In this document: positions 36,770 to 48,473 of the stretch, piece after piece
Numbering within the stretch: position 1 is the first letter of the stretch
Layout: every line of letters begins with the position of its first letter
Assembly: GCA_964187785.1 (NCBI GenBank)
Contig: OZ076409.1
Coordinates: 49,974,001-50,038,000 of the forward strand
Direction of reading: 5' to 3'
Source of the DNA: Amphiscolops sp. MND2022
Lineage: Eukaryota
Length of the DNA: 64,000 nucleotides
The notes under the pieces: generated by a model
What the model was told of the DNA's origin: nothing
The model's database searches: none
What the model saw: the letters and a program-made list of their open reading frames with translations, nothing else
Position numbers and translations under genes: made by a program

Positions 36770-39640
36770 TTCCTTTAGATACTTTACAGCTTGGGATATT
36801 TCCGAGGGGGGAATGTCTCTAAAGAATGCCAACTTTTGGGGTCTTCCAGAAACGCGAAGAACATTACGGCTTGTGGTTGAAGAAATGGAAGAAGAGCGAG
36901 AGTGCAAAAAGACAGCCTTGACGGGTGTAGATTATAGCCCATTAAACGCTGCAGTTAAGATTTTCACGAATGGACCCGGAATTGCTCTCCCAAATCTCGG
37001 AATATGCCGAATGGAAGCTTCAGAGGAACAGAAGTTGACTGCTTCAGGACTGTTAGATAAGTAGGACTGTGCTGGCAAAAGCATGTCGACAAGACGGCAT
37101 TAAGGGTTGGAAGTATCGACCTCAAGGAACCTGATGGCAGGAAATTCTACTTCACCCTCTTTCAGGCGAAGGCAGCTTAACCGGAAAAAAGTACATTTTT
37201 CCGAGTTCGTAGAGCAGGGAGGGCAATAAGGAAGCTGACGACATCTTCAATTTGCCCTGGTAGATCTTTGAGGTGAGGAAAGGTTGTTCAGAAATAATCG
37301 ACGAACCCCACATATTCTTCGCGTGAATCGGACTCTGAGTTCTCTCGACCCAACTTCGCAAACGGAAAGTTTGGAATAGCGCGCTAAATCAGAAGGAAAT
37401 GGCAAAGAGAGCAACACGTGGGGATCAAAGCAAGCAATCCCATGGACGATATCCGCAGTGAGGTGAACGTTGCGCAACATGGTTTCCAGCAGAAATATGA
37501 AGTAGCCTCGAGCCTTTGCAGCAAACTTGTCCCTTTCAGCGGTTATCAAGACAACGAGTTTACTCGGATTTCTACTTGGGTCACTTCGGGATTGGTGGAC
37601 CCTGGCCCTATAAACAGCATCCATATCTGTCGTTATTACCAGACGATTCAGGAAGTCCCGGCCGGAAAGCAGCCGAAGGTCATCAGGACACAAGTGCAGC
37701 AGGCCCGTCTAATTAATATCCTCTGGAACACACTGGGGAAGGACGGCACGGGAGCAGAGCTTTCAAAGAAATTGGCAGAATTGGCCATAGGTGAAAAAAG
37801 CGGCGTCACGTTGCCGTTGCCCGGATAAGCTCCGATCAAAGCACTCGATATCTAAACGAGATTCCTTCTTCAAGTAAGAATATTGAGAAAGCAGGAACAC
37901 GTGAAGGACATTACTTACAATCGCGGACTAGAAAGTCAAAGATCTCCAGTTTGACGCTGAAGTAAACGTCCATCAAGACCATCATTTCCAGGCTCTGTGG
38001 CTATAATACAAGCCGGAAAAAGTTTTTGTGCATCAAAGTTCTGACTGAAACTTTGATTACTACTGCTCTTGATAGAGCGCACTCCGCGCATTCGGCAGTC
38101 CCAAATGTTGGTCTATTGGGTCACTAGTTCAGTGCACAAAATGGCCCGCAAATCCAGATCACAAGCAATAGTGGCGTAAGAAGCAAATGACAACAATAAA
38201 TATGTGGCCCTAAATGGCCTGAACGCCTCCCTAGATACGAACTCTGACATGATTTTCCACAGGAAATTGAAGACAAGAATAAAAACTTTGATTGAAAGAT
38301 CTGGGCACTTGAGAATCCAAGGCTGATCAAAAGTGTCATTGAGGAAGACGACGAAGTACTTCATCTTGGAGAAGAAACCAATCTTCCCGAAGAAGCTCTC
38401 GTACTTTTGATGGATGAGGCGTGGAAGAGACAAGACCTCAAATCTGAAGGTGTACTGGACGGCATTTTTGAATAGCCCGCACTGAAAGAGAGTTTGCAAT
38501 ATGGCCGAAGGGCCGCCAGAGACACTCACGAGGTTATGTACTGAGGAGATTAAGGACAGCAAACGTGAAATTGACCCGAGGAGGTTACCAGGAAAAGCTG
38601 ACGTAAGAGATTGTCCGCACAGTTCAACCCACTGGATTACATCTTCTCGCCAGAATGACACAGCCATGTAACAGTTACCTTTCCGACAGGTGAACTCCAA
38701 AGAGTTTATACATCCTGTGGTTACTTGTCCGGCAATGCCCTCGGTACAACGGAAAAAAATGAGGTGGAATATCTTCTAAAAGCAAAATAAAATTGAGCCA
38801 AGTGTTCACCCAAGAAACCCTTTCTACCTAGATAGCGAAATGATACTCACTGTGAAGTTATCAACTCTCCTATTGAAGTCGGAGAAAAATCTCTGGTGGC
38901 TGGGGAAAGTGCCAACACGGGTCCAAAGGTTCAGGAGTAAAGACAGTCATCCCCATGCGTTACATAGATTCCAATCTAAGATTTGGGTGTCATTCGCAAC
39001 TCATCCGGACTTGATGATCTGCCCATAGTGGCCATGTAATCGTCAAAGAAAGGAAACTTGTCTCCGATGTCAACTTGTGGCGCATCAATAAAGAGTGGTT
39101 TCTTCTCCAACTCTAAAAGGATGAGAATTTACCCGTCTTTTCCGTGGACCTGATGAGTCACTCTGCCGCTTGTCAGCATCGACTTCACTGGGGTGCTCGT
39201 TCCTCCATCTTTGGCCGCGCCGCCAATGTCCTTCGGTCTTTTATTCACGAAGAATTTATCTGGCTCCTTTTGAGTTTGTTTCACATATCTAGCAGTGAAA
39301 TTTATAGCGGTTGTGAATGGGGTCGAGTGGCCCGGAAACGAAGGTCCCAGTCAACTGTTTGCCTTTGAAATTGGCGTCTTTCATCACTATGCCTGGTTTA
39401 CAAAGCATTCTTCTTCGTTTGCAAGGAGGACTAGCCACTACAGTGACAGGTGACTGCGCTTGGGCAAGTGACGCAAACGGCCGGTAATCGGCGCTGCTGT
39501 AACTGCTTCTTGAGTTTGGAGTCAATATTCCTAATGGGTCTGGATTAGCTGTCATTGAATCAAGAGTTCTGAAGGCAGATACAGCAGGAGGGTAACCCTC
39601 CGAGGATGTCTCAATAATGTGGGGATCTTCATCAGAGTTA
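36770..39640 (-). pseudogene. Antisense accessory gene, copy C (most complete; two GT-AG introns, 38850-38776 and 37918-37852)
   Basis: KRRR basic patch and TFVSGPLDPIHNRYKFHC*IC..SKGAR*ILR..RTEGH zinc finger. Both introns join flanking frames in phase with ORFs 38113-38700 and 37247-37693. The end coordinates are approximate. Confidence 0.8.
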
Positions 39641-39906
39641 ATTGCTTCAAAGGTATACCCATCGCTTTCTGCAACTGTGTTTTCTTCTCATGAACTGCAA
39701 TCGTAGCCCAGAGCTGCAGTTCCTGATCTGCGATGGATTTTTCGGGATAGGCGCTTGTCCAATGGGATACCTTTGGTCACTTTTATCCCAAGTGTTTAAA
39801 AGTTGGTCAATCAATTGTTTTGTTGCTTTGTTTAATATTGTTGAAACGAAAACGCTTTTCTTTGAAAAATTCACTCCTTCAGAAAAAATCCTCATTCTCA
39901 CTTAGA

Positions 39907-40282
39907 ATGACCACTAGAAGCGAAAAGAGAAAAGCAGCTGTTGGACTATTTCCAGCAAGACTTGAAACTCTTTTAGCTGACAATAGCCAAGCCGAAGACC
40001 TCAAACCCGGACGTAGGAAAAATCCAAGAACTCATTCCGAAAATCTGGACGACATCAAGTTGTCGCTTAGAAAAGGGATCATGTCCAATTTTACTAAAAT
40101 ATTAGCTGAAAACCGAAACGAAATGCTGAAATTAATAGCTACTACCATCAAAAACCCGACTGGTTCTCAAGCCCTAGAAAACACTGACTCTGAACCTGAG
40201 AGTCCTTTTCCTACAAATACATCAACTCCAATCAGACCTAAAACAACTACCCGAAAAACAACACCGGTAAATAGTCGTAACA
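39907..40282 (+). pseudogene. gag N-terminal ORF inside the 3' LTR of E2b (125 open codons)
   Basis: MTTRSEKRKA..KILAENRNEMLKLI..STPIRPKTTTRKTTPVNSRN runs to the LTR terminus. Confidence 0.8.
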
Positions 40283-40546
40283 CCTTTTATAACTGTTAAG
40301 TTGAGGTTTGAACTTGAAGGTTTAAAGCAATTGCCAGAATTAGCCCTTTTCATTAAACGGAAATGTGAGTGTCTGATGAGTAATTATTTGTGAAAGTTGA
40401 TTAAATAGCTAAATGAACTCAGATTTGAGAACGATTTTAAAATTGTCACACAACAATTTTCTGCCTGCTTTTACAAAAAAACGTACTAAATTTCTGCTAG
40501 AAGGTGAAGCATTTGTAATTATATAGAAATCTTTCATCCTTGATTT

Positions 40547-41039
40547 CCCAGCGTACAAACTCTTGAAACTCTTGCCAAGATCCTGCATATTCTTACATAT
40601 TCCTGTTTACTCTTGAAAGCCTTGATAAGATCTTGTTCATTCTTTCTTCACACATACCTCATGAATTTCTTGATAGTATTCTTGGTAAGAGTCTTATCCA
40701 GAGTGTCAAGAGATAAGTTGTAAAACAAACAGTAATTTTGTTTACAAGTACTTTGCTGTTGTTCGCACTACCAGCTACACTCATTCTTCGAAGTTTTGGA
40801 TATAGGACAACACAAAGTAGTGAATTTCAGAAGGTGATAGCTTGGTTAGTAGCGCGAAAAGATGCGTCGTAATAGGTACGCTGATCAGGCTGCAGTTGGC
40901 GTCGATTTTTGTTTGTTTTCATTCACTCTTGTCAGTTCATCTCTTGAATTTCTTAGCACGATCTTGCAAGATCATGCAAAGTCGTAGGTTTCAAGACATT
41001 ACCAAGAAATTCAGGAATATCTGGAGTTTTTACACTGGG
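40547..41039. mobile_element. CMC/EnSpm-like MITE
   Basis: TIR CCCAGYGTAMAAACTC and TCTTG/CAAGA repeats. The flanks TT/AT are imperfect. Confidence 0.65.
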
Positions 41040-42263
41040 ATATTTCTGTTTTTTATCATATCTGCGAGTAGTTCGAATGTCATAATATGGAAATCCAAAA
41101 AAGTCAAATTTTGTTCGGAAATCAATTTTTACCCACCGAAACGCAAGTGAATAGGTCAGTAAGTACGTAAATTCCATAATTTCATGATAAAATCCATCAT
41201 GAAAGATGGATTTGGGGGCAATTAATTTCAATCTTACACTAGGCAATGAAGGATTTCTTCTTTTATGGAGAACAAAATCTGAAATCCACCCAATTCCAAT
41301 CGTAATTATGTGCTGCGCCCATCATCTTTTTACACTTCTAATTTTTACTAGAAATTACTAGAAGTTTTTATTCAAATTTCCTCAGATCCTTGGGCAGTTA
41401 GTTCCAAACGAGAATGATGCGCTTGAAAATGTACACTTCCATAATTTTTTGAGACGGCGAAGAAGTTGAAAAACAAAAGATTTGATCTGGGAGACTCTTT
41501 TATGAAAATCATCGGAGAGAAGATGGGATTGTCACCTAGAGCAAACAACTCATTCTTTTGTACATTTTCGCAGATAATTATTTATGTTAAAGTCAAAAAA
41601 CTCTGTAGATATTGTTCTGATAAAACGTTGTGAAACTTCTTCAAAATCACCGATAGCTTGCCAGCTGTCCAATTTAGCTCTGGCCTTTTTTTAGCCTTCA
41701 AAAGAGGTTCAGGATTTCTTGAGTGTTCTGAGTTCTGGTACGTTTTTAGTTGACGATCTCTTTCAAATCAGATTGCAGCAATGCACTAGATTCCAGTGTC
41801 GGAAAAAATGTCACTTGTCAGATCAATTTGATTTGCTGCTCCTTGTTTTCTGTAGTTGTGACACAGATGAGGTCAGTCCTAGGATCTTAATTCTTCTCCC
41901 TCAACATCTCCGATTCGTTCTCCTGCTTCGTTTCATCTTTTGTTTTCTTGATTTTTTCGGAACGAAAAAGTGATTTTTGAGCATAAAGGGTCACATTCTG
42001 GGATAGTTTCTGGCGATGGATTCAAAGGATTTTTCAGAAAACTGTCTCTAAGTTTGTTCAAAAAACGTCGCTCCTTATAAGTTAAAACGGGTTGCAACTT
42101 TAGCTGTCCCTAATTCGATGATTTGAAAGTGTTACAATTTTTTTAAATGAAAAACGATCATTTGACTAAATTTGAAATAACTTGGACAAAATAATGTTTA
42201 AAAAGCTCATAATGAATTTCAAAGAACAGTGCATCCTTGACAGTGAAACAACTTTTACCCTCA

Positions 42264-42756
42264 TTTTTTAGTCGGCGCGTTTTCCTTTTAAGGAAAAATG
42301 CCCGACTATAGCAGTGACCTTTTTTTTCTCTTCAGACTACAATCCTCACACTGATCGGTCCACTTTTTACAATCCTGAGCAGAGCACCTGAGGCCAAGTC
42401 CGCCCAAGGCAAACTTTACTCCGAAGGGTCCCCCTTTCATTTTTTACTTTTTCAAGGAAACATACAAAACCGGACGTGCCCAAAGGGTCCCCCCTTTGGA
42501 TTTTTCTCGGCACTGTGCGACTTTTTTTCGAAAATTTTTTAATGTCCCCAAAGGGTCCCCCCTTTGAGTTTTTTGATATTTTGCAACGGAATGTTTGTTA
42601 GTAAATCCAGAAGGGTCCCCCTTTTACATTTTTCGGCACTATGCGACTTCTTTTGAAAGAAATTTTTTTTCAAAAATATCAATTTTTTTCCAAAAAAGTG
42701 TTTTACGCTTTTTGAGCCTTAGATATGGCGCCGACTTTAGACGTTCTCGTCTTGTT
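42264..42756 (+). mobile_element. HINE-like element
   Basis: TTTTAGTCGGCGC..GCCCGACT start, AAGGGTCCCCC repeats, and GCGCCGACTT + GACGTTCTCGTC hairpin + TTGTT end. Confidence 0.8.
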
Positions 42757-43221
42757 GGTAAAGTTGCAGATTTCCTGGTAACTCTCTTCATTGGAGCTGA
42801 GTATCTTCTTATTGTTCTTGTTTTTATTTAGTTTTGAGGGTGTATACCAAAGAGCTGTAAAGCTCCTTTCTGCGTCCCGGTTTGATATGTGTCCACAAAT
42901 GAATAAATACAATTTTGTTTTTATTGTGTTTAGTGTAACCATTAATATTTATCCGAATGAATTCAAATATTGAAATATTTTTGTTTCTTGTTTTTGCGGC
43001 ATCATTTGTAAAGCAGGAAATGCAAAGCAAACACTTCTTTGCAAAACAGCATTTACTTTAACGTCGGCATTTAAAGAAACCGAGAAAAGCGAGGGCGCAC
43101 ATCTTCTTTCTAGAATGAACCTTGAGGCTTACAATTAATGCCGAAAATGAACTTCATAAAAGAAAGAGAAAGCGAGGGAGAGAGAGAAAAAAACCTGAAT
43201 TGTGAATTGAATGACTCTACC

Positions 43222-43476
43222 AAAACCTTATATATACTCAAAACAGTTATGCAAATGGCAATAACTTGGACCTTTGTCATATTGTATAGGTTGCTCTAAA
43301 ACTGCAGAATTTGGAACATTTTGTTCCAGTTTTGAGTCATAGGAAACTGTTCTGCATTTTCAAGACCGTCTATAATGTTCTAGATTAGGTTTTGTAAGCT
43401 TAGAGTAGCCTATTAAATGTGGCAAAGGTCCAAGTGATTGCCCTTTGCCTAATTGTTCTGAGTTCTGCAAGGTTTC
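43222..43476. repeat. Imperfect fold-back (MITE-like) inverted repeat with arms of about 100 bp
   Basis: GCAAATGGCAATAACTTGGACCTTTGTCATAT pairs with ATGTGGCAAAGGTCCAAGTGATTGCCCTTTGC. Confidence 0.75.
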
Positions 43477-44148
43477 AGCTCGCAACGTAGGTTATAATAA
43501 TATATAAGAGACAATGCTTACGATCTGATTTCAACGGCAAATAGCGTAGGGAGAGAACGTTCAATAGCAGAAAATACCTCAAGGAAGACATTTTCTGAAA
43601 TAAAAATGAATAATGAAGTGTGTTGTATAATTTTTTCGAAGATATTTTGAGGACAGGTGGAAAGGCACTGGGACTTTAATGTTTGCTTCAATTTCATAAA
43701 TCAACATCAAAGCGATTTAGAAATCATGAGAAACTTTTTGTTGATTAGTTTTGAAATTTGAGCAAATGAATGGTTTATTTCATACAACTTGAAGCTTCAG
43801 AAAAGCTTTGATCCGGAAAAGTTTGAACGAATACTGTGTTTTCAAACAACGAAAGGCATAATTTCTTCGGAGACTGGATTTTCCTGCTTGCGCAAGCTGC
43901 GAGTGTTCCAATTTTCATTTGGACTTTTGAGTTTCTAAAATTCCCAGAATTCCCTCAATCAAACATGAACGAATTCTGATAATTTTGATGTGATCTTTCA
44001 TTAAGTGTGCAGCTTGTAACGTGATTTGAGAGTTCCACGTGTACACCAACTTCTAGGCTGGAATTTTCCATAAACAATACATAACTTCACAAAAGCTGTA
44101 AAGAGAAAAGTACTTTCCCGTACTGACAACCCAGGGCAACCCGCCCTT

Positions 44149-44796
44149 CCCATCGCAGCATAACCGGTGATCATGACACATTTTGTGGTGACCAGTGGTG
44201 GACCACCGGTGGCCACCACAAATTGGGTTATTACTGGAAGAACCACTGGATCAAGATCTAAAATTATCGAAAAACCGGAATAAGATCTAAAATCATCCAA
44301 ACAACCAATGAGATCCAATAAGATCTAAAATCACTGAAAAACACCGGAACAAGATTTAAAAACCAAAAAACCACCGGACTAAGTGCTAGAACTACTGAAA
44401 AAACACCGTAATAAGATCTAAAATCACCAACAAAACCCACTCGTATAAGTCTAAAACTTCCCAAAACCCACAGAAATAAGATAACCAGTGGAAAATGTTC
44501 TTTCAAACACGATCTGAAACTGCAGAGTTTACAGATACTTCGGAACGGGTTCTGATAATTTTCCCATCTTTGTTAGGCTTTGATGCATTAGGGGCGCAAA
44601 TAACGTCTAAATGTATTTCGTTGCAACAACATTCAGTTGCTAGAAATTTTGAACGAAGTTTTCATTTTCGAAACTTTCGAATTTTCCACCGATGGTCCAT
44701 CGGTGGCCACCGGTGGGAGAGCTTCCACGTAAGCTAATTTTCCCTCACCGGTGGCCATCGGTGGTCCACCGATGGCCAGTGGTGGGTTACCGTGGG
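44149..44796. mobile_element. CMC/EnSpm-like MITE with internal ATAAGATCTAAAATCAC minisatellite
   Basis: CCCA..TGGG ends, TSD TT, and CACCGGTGGCCAC subterminal repeats at both ends. Confidence 0.7.
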
Positions 44797-46237
44797 TTGT
44801 TCAGTATAAAAATTTTGGAGTTGTCAAAACGTCTAACTCAACCCAAGATTTCAAACGGTGAACTTCTTGATTTTTTCTAACGTAATATGTTTACACCTGG
44901 CTTGAATGATAATGAACAAATCGGGATTTCATTTTTCCTTTTATGAATTCCGGAATTATGGAAAACTGAAATCTTCACACCTAACAATGTAAAGTAGGAG
45001 TTTACAGCCTAGAACAAATTACTTGACCATTAATCCGGGCTCACTAAAGATATTACTTTCAGTTCGCTTAAGAAAAATCAAATTTCTTAATTTCCGTTTG
45101 ATTCCTGTTTCGTTTTTACAGGAAAATCACTTTCTAGAAATCAATTCTGGACCTTCACTTCGATTTTCTCGTTTTAGTCTTTGGAGTTTTTTACATTCAG
45201 AATCAATCGCGTTCAACTGTTTTTAAGATGCTCTAGACGTATAATTCGAGCATTAATATGCGAACAGTAATTTGAGCAGGCTTGAAAGTTGAATTCAATC
45301 TACAAGCTTGCGTAGCATAAAATATAATTTTCTGACAATTTTCCTTGTGAATTTTACCCCTAATGATTATTCTCACTAGTTACCCAATTCTTTTTTCATT
45401 ATATTGATTTTAATGCAAATGTTCATGCATATATGTATAAGTAATTGTATACAACCACGCTAGCAAGTTTTCATAGAACTTCAAGAATTAACTCAAAAAA
45501 GTCTTAGTCCATTAAGACTATAGTTAAGACAAGAGGTATAATACAGTCCTGTGATAATGAATGGAACCCCTAATTAGGAAAAATTATTGGAACGACAGAA
45601 AATTTTTCGAATTTTCGAATTTTCCCTAGTTGAGACTGCTGTGTACCAAGTGTTCGAAAGTATTATCTTTTTCTATAGTCTTCAAAAATCCACGACAGCA
45701 AAATTTTCGTTTCAAATATCAATGAATCGGACCGGAATACAAGATTTGTCTGGAACAATTGAGAGTGAGATTATCACTTCTTTACGTCTTCTGATAATTA
45801 AACCGAATAGCATTCCCAGTGATAGGCGTCAACACAGCAGCCAATGAAACTCCTTGCCTTCTTTCGTTTTCGCTGAATGATACGTTATCGAATCATGAAC
45901 AACCAACTGAAATTAACTTTGCCAAAAGTACAAACTGAATTTCAAAAACAGATTTCTTAATTTGAATTTTCATTCAAAATAAAATGCTGTCAAATACTGC
46001 ATTTCAAGAACCCAAGCAAAATTAAATAAACTGAATAATTTCTGCTGTCGTTCATATCGAATGATTTAAATCAGTCCTGAATAAGTTGTAGAATTGTTGC
46101 ATTCTCTTTCATGCTTTGTTCTTAGTTTCAACAAACCAACATGCAAATTCAAATTTTTATTCATGACACCATGCAAAATATAGTTTTTGAACATATATGT
46201 ATTTTTGAACATACTTCGATTTCCATGTTTTTGGCTC

Positions 46238-46449
46238 TCAAGGGGTTTCTCCGTATATAATAATTTCGCAGAAGCTGAGCTCGTTCAAGGTGTTAGTCAG
46301 CTTGACCTGGTTAGCAATAACGTTAGGGGTTGCACATGTCAGGTTGACCCAAGGGGTAGATCCTATGGATCCGACGTTCGCGCAACTAGTGCAGTTGGTT
46401 ACAATTTCTCCAGAACACACCTTGATTTTTGTCGATAACAAGCGTTCAG
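46238..46449 (-). CDS. Host exon: C-terminal half of an F-type lectin-like domain (probably terminal, TGA at 46240-46238)
   Basis: Acceptor tttttccag, then (A)ERLLSTKIKVC..C..WVNLTC..LSFCEIIIYG. It is in phase with the upstream exon. Confidence 0.8.
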
Positions 46450-46569
46450 CTGGAAAAAGTGAAAGATTTCAGGGCTCAAATTACCTTTGAAAAAACAAGA
46501 AGCATGTTTGACGAACTATCAGTTGAATGGCGACCAGTTCAGTATTCCAATTCGATATAGAAATCAAGG

Positions 46570-46635
46570 AAGAAATCATAGATTATCAAAGATATCCAGT
46601 CATGACTGGATATCTTTGATAATCTATGATTTCTT
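46570..46635. repeat. Perfect 66-bp spacerless palindrome
   Basis: AAGAAATCATAGATTATCAAAGATATCCAGTCA|TGACTGGATATCTTTGATAATCTATGATTTCTT. Confidence 0.95.
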
Positions 46636-47532
46636 GCAACCACACCTTATGGAGACAAAATAGATGCCCGATAATGTACGCTACTGTTGCGATCTGATTG
46701 CCATAATAATACCGGAAACCACTCAAAAATGCTCTATTTAAATCCTATAAATTTACTACTTAGTTATTAAATATCTTTTTTTAAAAAAAAAATCAATTAC
46801 GAAAGTGACTCTTTTCCGCCATCTACTTGAAGTTCCTCGCTCGAATTAAATAATTATGAGTTTTTCTTTCTAAAACCGTGTATTGGCTAATTGCTTCTTT
46901 GAGAAACTAGTATTCTAAAGACAAAAATGTCAAAATTATGACAATTTATGTCGATTTCAATTAGAATTTTCGATGGCATTACCGATAAATTATTTTTACT
47001 GGGGCGCTTTTGTCTGTACACGATAAAATTATAAACTTAAAGGTCACGACCGAATTATTTTGGGTCACAGATTTGACTCTCCTCCACTTATTTCTCGTTC
47101 AAGCTGATAGTGAAACTTGACGCTCAATAGCTTGATGATTGGTTTGATTTCTTTTTTAGAAAAAAATGTCAGACGCCATAATTTATTTGATTTAACAAAG
47201 TTTTTTCCTCAATAAAATTAAACCAATAATATAGTTAGCAAGTCTCAGTTTTAGGTTGGATTCCTTGGTTATCAAAAGAAGAGTCTTCGGACAGAAAAAT
47301 ATATGGTCTTGTAAACATCTCCTGAACTACATCTTTGAAATGTTGTATTGTAAATCGTTAACATTATTCAAGCCGTATTTTCCCGTATTTTCATCATCAC
47401 GGTTAGTGAGTAAACTCGCTAGTGAGCAAGTGTGTCTATGTTATGAAACGTTTCGAAAAAGCACAGAAAGGGCACCATCGTTTGAGTATATCAACAGTTT
47501 AGCGGAAATATTTTTGAAAGTCGGTGACTCAC

Positions 47533-47754
47533 CAATCGTTGATTGGTCGAACCGGTTAAGGATGCTGATCCGTCGCACTTTGGAAAGAGAAATGGTGAAA
47601 GTTGCCCAAGAGTTTTGAATGCCGAAGGCTACAAAGCACTGATCCTGACTCGAATATTCATAGATGTGATCATATGCTTTTTCAATTGGCGAGTCGGTCC
47701 TACTAGTGCCAGACGAGGCGTACAGAATTGGAATTTCCATTGATGATGGCTCGA
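47533..47754 (-). CDS. Host exon: N-terminal half of an F-type lectin-like domain
   Basis: Acceptor tttatttcag, donor G|GTGAGT, phase 1-1; EPSSMEIPI..IEKAYD..CF..NSWATFTISLSKVRRISILNRFDQ. Confidence 0.85.
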
Positions 47755-48244
47755 CTGAAATAAATCCCTGATTGTTTTCATGATAAATTCAAGTACAAGT
47801 GGGCAGTCCTGTAGCCGATTTTATTTCCTTACTTGCAAGGCCATTTATTTCAAGATTTCACCTAAAACCAATAATGTAGGATGGAACAGTCTTGATAATA
47901 ACGAGGAGTGTAAAGTAACATTGCTTCAACTCCGTTCTCACCCAATTTCGGGCTAAAAGAAAAAAATACAATAACTGGATTACTGCAAAACCTTGATTTT
48001 GAAACTAGTTTAGGACTAAGACATAGTTAGCGAAAACTTGAAGTAAGTCTGGGGTAGAGGATTTTTTGGACTTTCCTGGATTAAATCAAACTAATAGGCG
48101 TCGATTGCATCTTCATGTTGATCAAAAATCTTCCTCGAGGCTATTTTTGGCTATTCTCTAGGACTACTAAATTCAAGTTATTAACAATTACTGATGTTCA
48201 CTATCGTAAATATTAAAACCTATCCAGAAGGGTATATTACTAAC

Positions 48245-48473
48245 CACATGAGTAAGAGCCCTGGGTATTCTGGCAGAACAAGTCAGTGCCAGTGCCTGAA
48301 GAGCAATAGTTGGGATCTCGGTCGCATTCATCCACATCTTGGCAATCTACCCCACCGGATGACAGCTCATACCCAGATACACAATGACACTCGCTGGACC
48401 CCGCCGAATTTTGACAAACTGTGTTTGCACCCACACAAGACATAGTTCGGCACTCGCCAATGTCAACACAGGT
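48245..48473 (-). CDS. Host exon: two calcium-binding EGF-like repeats
   Basis: CVDIGEC..CQNSAGSSECHCVSGY..CQDVDEC..CQNTQGSYSC, with donor G|GTTAGT in phase with the 47754 exon. The acceptor is not clear. Confidence 0.85.

Larger units (their letters stand above)
33857..40282 (+). mobile_element. Gypsy element E2b, 3' part (second RT-RNase H, integrase C-terminus, antisense gene, 3' LTR end), decayed
   Basis: AQYVDDIF (about 34450), PIAYGSKTF, YRWDGPYVIEK and KYNLR. It ends AGTCGTAACA at 40282. Confidence 0.85.

Noticed and set aside
36770..39640. env gene in the canonical post-pol position
   Set aside because: It is on the opposite strand, has a zinc finger and basic patch, and shows no signal peptide, furin site or C-terminal TM.
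44001..44096. Exon after a good acceptor (ttctctttacag)
   Set aside because: The frame is short and ends in a stop, with no recognisable motif or donor.
44230..44480. CRISPR-like periodic repeat (ATAAGATCTAAAATCAC with intervening sequence)
   Set aside because: The intervening segments resemble each other and the repeats are degenerate. It sits inside a TIR element in eukaryotic DNA with no cas genes, so it is a minisatellite.
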